Below are positions 34,976-40,528 of a DNA stretch of 40,528 bases, in pieces. Source of the stretch: a virus (lineage: Duplodnaviria > Caudoviricetes); IMG/VR virus record IMGVR_UViG_3300014656_000053, positions 1-40,528 of that record. The stretch is one strand, 5' to 3'. How positions within the stretch are numbered: the first letter of the stretch is position 1; every line of letters starts with the position of its first letter. The notes beneath the pieces are model-generated. The model was not told the DNA's origin and searched no databases. It saw only the letters and a program-made list of their open reading frames with translations. The translations under genes and the position numbers were made by a program.

Positions 34976-35206
34976 TCATTTTTCACCTGCCTTTCGTTTC
35001 CACATAATCCAGCCCTCGACAGCGAGAATGAAGAAGATAACGGCCCGGACGACCAGCATCCACGGCCCCGTCGAGCAGTGTATTCCCGCACTGATAAGGT
35101 TCGACACCCACCACAGACAAAAGCACGACCGCGAGAGCCGGTTATTCAAAAGAACGCCCGCCACCGCCAATACAGTCACAATCAGTCCAAGGATTTCAAG
35201 CATCAT
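34976..35206 (-). CDS. Small membrane protein (PnuC-fragment-like)
   Basis: LAVAGVLLN..CFCLWWVSN..GWIMW pattern. Confidence 0.7.
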   Translation of the reverse strand: MMLEILGLIVTVLAVAGVLLNNRLSRSCFCLWWVSNLISAGIHCSTGPWMLVVRAVIFFILAVEGWIMWKRKAGEK

Positions 35207-35271
35207 TGTCCTATCATTCTTTGTTTTTTTCCCGGCTGATTCCGCGAAACGCGAAATCACTGCTGCCGGGG

Positions 35272-36846
35272 CTACGATTCGCTACGCTTCGTTTCGTTAC
35301 GCCACGATTTCGGCTCCGGGTACTCTAATTTCGCCTCGGCTAACAACTCATCGATATCCGCGTTAATCAGCGAGGCCGCCGACCGGGCGCCCTCGATGAA
35401 CTCATCCGGTATCTGCGTAACCGGCCCGGCGTAATTCAGCGTGCCGGATATCCGCTGCCTTATATCGAGCCACAGCCCCTCCAATAACTGGTTGGGGTCG
35501 AACTCGGAGAGCGTTTTTAACGCCTCCCATTTGTCCGTTTCCCGCTCGCCCGTCACCCCGAAGGCAAGCGAGAGCGACATTATTTTGCTGTATGCGAACA
35601 GCGAATGACTGAGCATATCCTCCGAGAGTTTTATAATCGGTGCCTCGCCGACTAATTGCGCCGTCTTCGCCGCGACATGCGACCAGCGCTTCTTTTCCAA
35701 TAGCGCCCGCTTCTCCTCGAGCGTCTTGCCGCCCGTCTTGCCCCCTGTACCACGTGGGGTACAGGGCAAACCCTGCACCACGTGGGATACAGGGAGTTTT
35801 ATCCAGCGGACCTTGCCCTCATCTTTGCCGTGTATGACAAGTGCAGGCACGCAGCCCTCGCCATCCTTAGTCCCCTTCTCGAAATTGCCCGCGTATTCTG
35901 CGTCGAATTTATTGAAGTCCTCGTTCGTGATACCATCCTCCGATATTAAGACCGGATTGGGGTGCTCTTTTTTGAGTTCCTCGTGCAGCCGGACGAGATA
36001 CGCGATTTTCTTATCACGGAAGCATTTCGCATCCAGGCAGCGGTCGTTTTTAACGGTCGCCTTCTTCTCGTTCTCGTGCCATAACAAAGGCCGGGCGTTC
36101 ATCCTCTTCGGACAGCCGGCGCACGCGACAGCGCCCTCGACCTCCAAAGAGTCATCGCCCAATGACCATAACGCAGCCGACAGTTTCAGCGTCAGGCCAT
36201 CCACTATCTTTTGCAGGGCCCTGACGGAGATATCGATGTCGATCTGGTAGCGGTTCTCGAACAGGTCGATCTGCACGCCCGCCGGCAGCCGGGCGATTAC
36301 CGCGTAATGGGCGATAGTCCAGTCGGGGTAACCGCAGTGTTCCGTTTCGTCCCGTCCCGGTTCCCGGGACTCCGCTTCGCTTCGCCAGCATTTTTCGAGG
36401 TTCTCGAACACGTTTGCGCACATTCTAACGTAATACGCCGGCCTGCCTAAGCGTGCCGCTACTATATCGGCGTTCTCTTTGGTGATCAGGTCCGCTATGG
36501 CAACCGCCTCCTCCATTACCGTCGGGTCCTCACGGTACTTGTTCTCGACTAAGGCCATATCCGCCATTTCGCCGTCGGTATAGCCCTGGCAGACGATTAC
36601 AGGCACCTGCTCCAGGCCGGCCCTCGCCGCGGCTAATAATCGCCTGTGTCCCCAGACAAGGACGGCCTTGCCGTCGGCCAAGGTCTTCGCCAGAAGCGGC
36701 ACCCTGATCCCCCCGCCCCTGATGCTCTCGACTAATTCGGCGAACTTTTCGCTCTTGTCGTCGACAATCCTGTGATTGCCCCCGTTCGGAATAATGTCCG
36801 TTAATAACATCATTCTCAACTCTTTTCTTTGCTTCGCGTCTGCCAT
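35272..36846 (-). CDS. ParB/RepB/Spo0J family protein
   Basis: ELVESIRGGGIRVPL, GHRRLLAA, LVENKYRED, HTH, CAGCPKR..CLDAKCF. Confidence 0.9.
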   Translation of the reverse strand: MADAKQRKELRMMLLTDIIPNGGNHRIVDDKSEKFAELVESIRGGGIRVPLLAKTLADGKAVLVWGHRRLLAAARAGLEQVPVIVCQGYTDGEMADMALVENKYREDPTVMEEAVAIADLITKENADIVAARLGRPAYYVRMCANVFENLEKCWRSEAESREPGRDETEHCGYPDWTIAHYAVIARLPAGVQIDLFENRYQIDIDISVRALQKIVDGLTLKLSAALWSLGDDSLEVEGAVACAGCPKRMNARPLLWHENEKKATVKNDRCLDAKCFRDKKIAYLVRLHEELKKEHPNPVLISEDGITNEDFNKFDAEYAGNFEKGTKDGEGCVPALVIHGKDEGKVRWIKLPVSHVVQGLPCTPRGTGGKTGGKTLEEKRALLEKKRWSHVAAKTAQLVGEAPIIKLSEDMLSHSLFAYSKIMSLSLAFGVTGERETDKWEALKTLSEFDPNQLLEGLWLDIRQRISGTLNYAGPVTQIPDEFIEGARSAASLINADIDELLAEAKLEYPEPKSWRNETKRSES

Positions 36847-36849
36847 AAT

Positions 36850-37137
36850 TTAACTCCTTTCCAAATGATAATAATTCAGTCCGTTTTCATTTCTCTCTCT
36901 TACGACCGTCCAGCCCTGGGGCTCGAGCCACCGCCTTATTTCCCATATTCGGGCGTTATACTGCATCGCCATTTCCGCCAGTTCCACGTTCGATACCCTC
37001 GGCATCGCCCTGTTATTGAGACGATTGAATACGGCGACCGCCTGTTTCTTCAGCCGCCTTTCATCCGGGACAGGTACGCTCGGATTCAAGAGCAAATCAC
37101 TAAACCCCAACTGCCTTTCAACGATTCCGATACTCAT
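36850..37137 (-). CDS. Small winged-HTH-like protein
   Basis: SNVELAEMAMQYNARIWEIRR. Confidence 0.65.
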   Translation of the reverse strand: MSIGIVERQLGFSDLLLNPSVPVPDERRLKKQAVAVFNRLNNRAMPRVSNVELAEMAMQYNARIWEIRRWLEPQGWTVVRERNENGLNYYHLERS

Positions 37138-38717
37138 ACAAACAGCGCCTTTTGTCCCTTCCTCTGTTCGGCGACCGTTACGCCCGTTAATTGCTCCCTG
37201 ATATGCCAGTTCGCAATGTCGTGAACGTATCGTTCGCTGATTTCAATGCCTACGAAGTTCCGCCCTAATCGCAAGGCGACCTTGCCCGTAGTGCCGGAGC
37301 CGATGAACGGGTCCAAGACGATACAGGGTTCATATTTTTTGTCTTCCGCCCCCTGCAGATTCTCCGAAGCGTCGAATCTCTCCGCTGGGGGTGAAATGCA
37401 AGGGCATTTCATCCAGCCGATTGTTTTGCATTCTATCGTTCCCAAGTCGTGAAAATCACCCTCGGGCGCATTACGAGGAGTAACTCTGCCTCTCTGATAT
37501 TCGCCCTCATGTTTTCCTGCAGCGGTTCTTTGAACTGTATTTGTTTTTATATCCACTATTCTCTCTCTCGGCCTGCCGCATTTAGGGCAGCCCTTCTCCG
37601 AAGTCCCCGCCATAATGCACTGCTCGACTAATTTCTCCGGGAACGTGGCGAAATGCGCCTCAGGTGTCGGCTGTGTAGTAATAGTCCAGACCGAACGTCG
37701 ATTGCGCGATGAAACCAAACTCTTAACGGCAGCCGAAAAGGATTCGTTTTGTCTGGATTTTATTGCCCTCGATGCATGGGCCGGATCCCTGTCTATGTAA
37801 ATCCTCGAATTAGCACCCGGCATTTTACATTTCGGGTTTACTCCATCCCCTCTCTCGTGTGCCGTGCCAGCCGTCTCCTCTTTTATCGCCTCCTGATCGT
37901 AAAAGTATTTCGCACTCTTCGTTAGCAGGAAAAGGTATTCGTGCGATTTCGTGCACCTGTCCCTGCAGCTTTCCGGCATCGGATTGGGCTTCGACCATAT
38001 AATATCCTGCCTCAGCCACCAGCCGTCCGCCTGCAACGCCAGGGCCACGCGGGCGGGTATCATGCACAGGTCCTTGGGCTTGAGATTGTCCGCGGCAAGC
38101 GTGGATTTATTGCCCCGGTTTAATGGATGCGTTCCTTTCTCCTTTCGTTCTTTACCAAGTGATGATTCTCCGCCGCCCGGATTAAAACATGTCCCCTTGC
38201 CACTCGCATAGCTGTCCCCGATATTCAGCCACAGAGTCCCCCAGGGCTTCAGAACACGCCTGACCTCTCGAAAGACCTCTACGATATGCCGAACGTATAA
38301 CTCGATGGAGGGTTCCAATCCGAGCGAACCGAGCCACGCGCCGCACTTGTGGCAAAAGAAGGTTTGTATTTTTGTATTCATCCCAATAATTTCTTGGACT
38401 TCTTCTTTCCGCTTTTGTGTTGTTCCTGTAGTTAAAGTGCTTGTGGAATTTGCGACATAAAATTGACCTTTTGCTGTAGAAATTCGTATTCTCCATTCAT
38501 GCTCGCACGGCTGAATCTTGCCCCGGCAGATTTTCTTATGAAAATCAACCGACGCCGGGACTGCGATTTCAGCCGGCCATATTACCGGCTGAATCTTGTA
38601 ATCGCGCAGGCCCCAGTAAGGCGGGCTGGTAATGCAGCAGTCGATTGAATCATCCGGCCATAGTCGCATTACCTCGCGGCAGTCGCCAACAACAATTTCA
38701 TTTATAGGCAAACTCAT
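37134..38717 (-). CDS. N4/N6 DNA methyltransferase (beta class) with Zn-ribbon insertions
   Basis: TSPPYWGLRDY, WSKPNPMPES, HFATFP, LDPFIGSGTT. Confidence 0.93.
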   Translation of the reverse strand: MSLPINEIVVGDCREVMRLWPDDSIDCCITSPPYWGLRDYKIQPVIWPAEIAVPASVDFHKKICRGKIQPCEHEWRIRISTAKGQFYVANSTSTLTTGTTQKRKEEVQEIIGMNTKIQTFFCHKCGAWLGSLGLEPSIELYVRHIVEVFREVRRVLKPWGTLWLNIGDSYASGKGTCFNPGGGESSLGKERKEKGTHPLNRGNKSTLAADNLKPKDLCMIPARVALALQADGWWLRQDIIWSKPNPMPESCRDRCTKSHEYLFLLTKSAKYFYDQEAIKEETAGTAHERGDGVNPKCKMPGANSRIYIDRDPAHASRAIKSRQNESFSAAVKSLVSSRNRRSVWTITTQPTPEAHFATFPEKLVEQCIMAGTSEKGCPKCGRPRERIVDIKTNTVQRTAAGKHEGEYQRGRVTPRNAPEGDFHDLGTIECKTIGWMKCPCISPPAERFDASENLQGAEDKKYEPCIVLDPFIGSGTTGKVALRLGRNFVGIEISERYVHDIANWHIREQLTGVTVAEQRKGQKALFV

Positions 38718-38743
38718 ATTCTCGAATACTCGTTACCCGTTAC

Positions 38744-39823
38744 TCATACCTTCGCCAGTAAAGTCCTTATCGCATATTCCGCCTGCTGCGGCACAATGCC
38801 GTTTCCGAGCAGCCGCAATCTGTCCACCCTGCTGGAAGGCCCATCAACTGCTCCACCCAGTCCGGATTTAGCTTGCCCTTCTGTTTTAATTCGTGATGTA
38901 TCTGGCCCTGCAAGTGAGTTGTTTTGTTTTTTGTCCTGTCGCTCGTGCTTGAGCTTTGTCCGCATTGCTCGCTTTGCGGTGTCATCCACAACTCTCGGTT
39001 CTTCCCATTCGTATTGTTCCTGTCCGGGTCCGGCAGGCCATCCACGAAATTCGGCAGTTGGTCTAAATGCGGCCTGCCTTTTAATTTGTGGTTCGGCCCG
39101 TTCGGCATCCTGTAATCCCTCTGCGCCGGGATCGGGAATAAATTTATTGCCCTGTCCAGATACGTCGTTTGTGAATTGTCGCTTGCGTGTTGAGTCGGCA
39201 AGTGCGGCGTCGGCCAGCATATCTGAGTTACCTGTTGTCCTAATCGCGGGATTTTCCTGCCGTTGACGACCTGATAGTCCTCCTGATTGTTCGCCTCCGG
39301 CGTAAGCCACGAAGAACAGCCGTTTTCTCCTGTGCGGTGCGCCGACTTCTGACGCTGTAAACAATCCAGCCTCAACCGTATAGCCCATAAGTCGTAGGCT
39401 TCTATAAACTTCGGGGAATCCAAGCGTAAGGTGTCCTTCAACGTTCTCGAAGAAGCAGTAAATAGGTCTAATTGATTGAATGATTCTTTCAATATACGGC
39501 CAAAGCCATCGAGGGTCTTTGATTCCGAGGCGCCTTCCTGCAACGGAAAATCCCTGACAAGGGTATCCCCCATGAATAATATGCACCATTCCCTTAAAAG
39601 GCATGGGGTCAAAGGTTGCAATGTCATCCCAGACAGGAGCGTCATCCAATGCACCTTCTTTAATCTTTGCAACCAAGTTCGCTGCTGCGAATGCTTCCCT
39701 CTCCACGTAGCAGATTGTTCTAATATTTGGGATTGCTCGCCTAAGTCCAAGCCCGAATCCCTCGTATCCTGAACACAAAGAAATTGAGGTAAATACATCC
39801 AAGCCATTTTTTTTAGTTGACAT
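38744..39823 (-). CDS. C5 cytosine DNA methyltransferase, alpha chain
   Basis: SLCSGYEG (I), GGYPCQGFS (IV), ENV (VI), HRRKRLF (VIII), LGNGIVP (X). Confidence 0.93.
   Translation of the reverse strand: MSTKKNGLDVFTSISLCSGYEGFGLGLRRAIPNIRTICYVEREAFAAANLVAKIKEGALDDAPVWDDIATFDPMPFKGMVHIIHGGYPCQGFSVAGRRLGIKDPRWLWPYIERIIQSIRPIYCFFENVEGHLTLGFPEVYRSLRLMGYTVEAGLFTASEVGAPHRRKRLFFVAYAGGEQSGGLSGRQRQENPAIRTTGNSDMLADAALADSTRKRQFTNDVSGQGNKFIPDPGAEGLQDAERAEPQIKRQAAFRPTAEFRGWPAGPGQEQYEWEEPRVVDDTAKRAMRTKLKHERQDKKQNNSLAGPDTSRIKTEGQAKSGLGGAVDGPSSRVDRLRLLGNGIVPQQAEYAIRTLLAKV
38767..39807 (-). CDS. Overlapping alternate-frame beta chain of the C5 MTase (M.EcoHK31I-like)
   Basis: 346-aa nested ORF with WLTP/WPTP/WMTP repeats and LNPDWVEQLMGLPAGWT (motif IX). 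Confidence 0.8.
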   Translation of the reverse strand: MAWMYLPQFLCVQDTRDSGLDLGEQSQILEQSATWRGKHSQQRTWLQRLKKVHWMTLLSGMTLQPLTPCLLREWCILFMGDTLVRDFPLQEGASESKTLDGFGRILKESFNQLDLFTASSRTLKDTLRLDSPKFIEAYDLWAIRLRLDCLQRQKSAHRTGENGCSSWLTPEANNQEDYQVVNGRKIPRLGQQVTQICWPTPHLPTQHASDNSQTTYLDRAINLFPIPAQRDYRMPNGPNHKLKGRPHLDQLPNFVDGLPDPDRNNTNGKNRELWMTPQSEQCGQSSSTSDRTKNKTTHLQGQIHHELKQKGKLNPDWVEQLMGLPAGWTDCGCSETALCRSRRNMR

Positions 39824-39845
39824 TTGTCAACCGTTCCAGTAAATT

Positions 39846-40256
39846 ATGGTTATGAGTTGCAAACCAGATATTAAAGTTACGAAAGCAATGTATGACCTGT
39901 ATCAAAAAGGATACAGCTTGTCGCAGATTGGAGAAGCTTTTGGCGTTAGCAGGCAAACCATTTATATGCGATTTTCCCGTCGCAACCTCATCATGCGACA
40001 AAAACAACCACTCCCTTTTATTTTTTTTGAGGGAAGAAAATACACTCTTCGCAAGAATGGTTATTATGGCTGCACAAATGGCAATCGTGATTATTTGCAT
40101 CGCGATATTTGGCAATCGGTAAATGGCGAAATCCCCGAAGGGCACGATATACACCACAAAGATAATGACAAAACACATAATATTCTTTCCAATTTTGAAT
40201 TGATTACAAAATCTGAACATTCGTCTATGTATCCTCATCGCCGAACACTCGCTTGA
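39846..40256 (+). CDS. HNH homing endonuclease with N-terminal HTH
   Basis: SLSQIGEAFGVSRQTI; LHRDIW..IHHKDNDKTHNILSNFEL..EH. Confidence 0.9.
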   Translation: MVMSCKPDIKVTKAMYDLYQKGYSLSQIGEAFGVSRQTIYMRFSRRNLIMRQKQPLPFIFFEGRKYTLRKNGYYGCTNGNRDYLHRDIWQSVNGEIPEGHDIHHKDNDKTHNILSNFELITKSEHSSMYPHRRTLA

Positions 40257-40528
40257 GGGCCAGTTCAAACCCTCCGTAACCCGTGCAGAGAGACAGTACT
40301 CTCCAAACCTGGACTCCGCTGCGCTTCGCCCCGGAGGCCGGGACTTCGCTGCACCCCGCCCCGGAGGCCGGGACTTCGCTGCACCCCGCCCCGGAGGCCG
40401 GGACTTCGCTGCACCGCGCCCCGGAGGCCGGGACTTCGCTGCGCTGCGCCCCGGAGGCCGGGACTTCGCTGCGCTGCGCCCCGGAGGCCGGGACTTCGCT
40501 GCGCTGCGCCCCGGAGGCCGGGACTTCG
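40225..40528 (-). pseudogene. 5' remnant of a second C5 MTase, preceded in frame by the tandem array
   Basis: Translates ...GVQVWRVLSLCTGYGGFELALKRVFGDEDT* (motif I). Confidence 0.7.
40311..40528. repeat. 30-bp tandem array of a palindromic element, cut by the window edge
   Basis: CCGGAGGCCGGGACTTCGCT plus 10 slightly variable nt; units at 40331, 40361, 40391, 40421, 40451, 40481 and 40511. Confidence 0.95.

Noticed and set aside
7652-39772. Numerous plus-strand ORFs of 60-312 aa (e.g. 21748..22452, 25794..26651, 27464..28402)
   Set aside because: Antisense to well-supported genes in GC-rich DNA, with no recognisable motifs
39813-40268. 151-aa minus-strand ORF
   Set aside because: Antisense shadow of the HNH gene
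40311-40528. CRISPR or mini-array
   Set aside because: The 10-nt variable parts are near-identical to each other and too short to be spacers

Overview
The window looks like most of a temperate, siphovirus-like phage or prophage genome, with almost all genes on the minus strand. Reading from the right end there is a DNA-modification/early block: a C5 MTase with an overlapping beta chain, two SPPY MTases (one amber-interrupted), a ParB-like protein and two radical-SAM-type proteins. Next come lambda-type terS/terL, gpW and portal, protease/scaffold, a Mu-gpT-type capsid, three signal-peptide-bearing proteins, and neck/tail genes with a G/GT -1 frameshift. The late block ends with a Cys/Thr-rich mucin-like protein followed by a polypeptide-GalNAc-transferase-like glycosyltransferase. 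The left end holds a divergent control region, a tyrosine integrase, a structured non-coding cluster and an atypical tRNA-fMet. Modular short palindromic elements and 5/7/9-bp tandem arrays are scattered throughout, many inserted in frame in genes, and both window ends fall in tandem arrays. A Planctomycetota (Phycisphaerae-like) host is my inference from sequence style only. All product calls come from motif recognition and gene order; no database searches were run.
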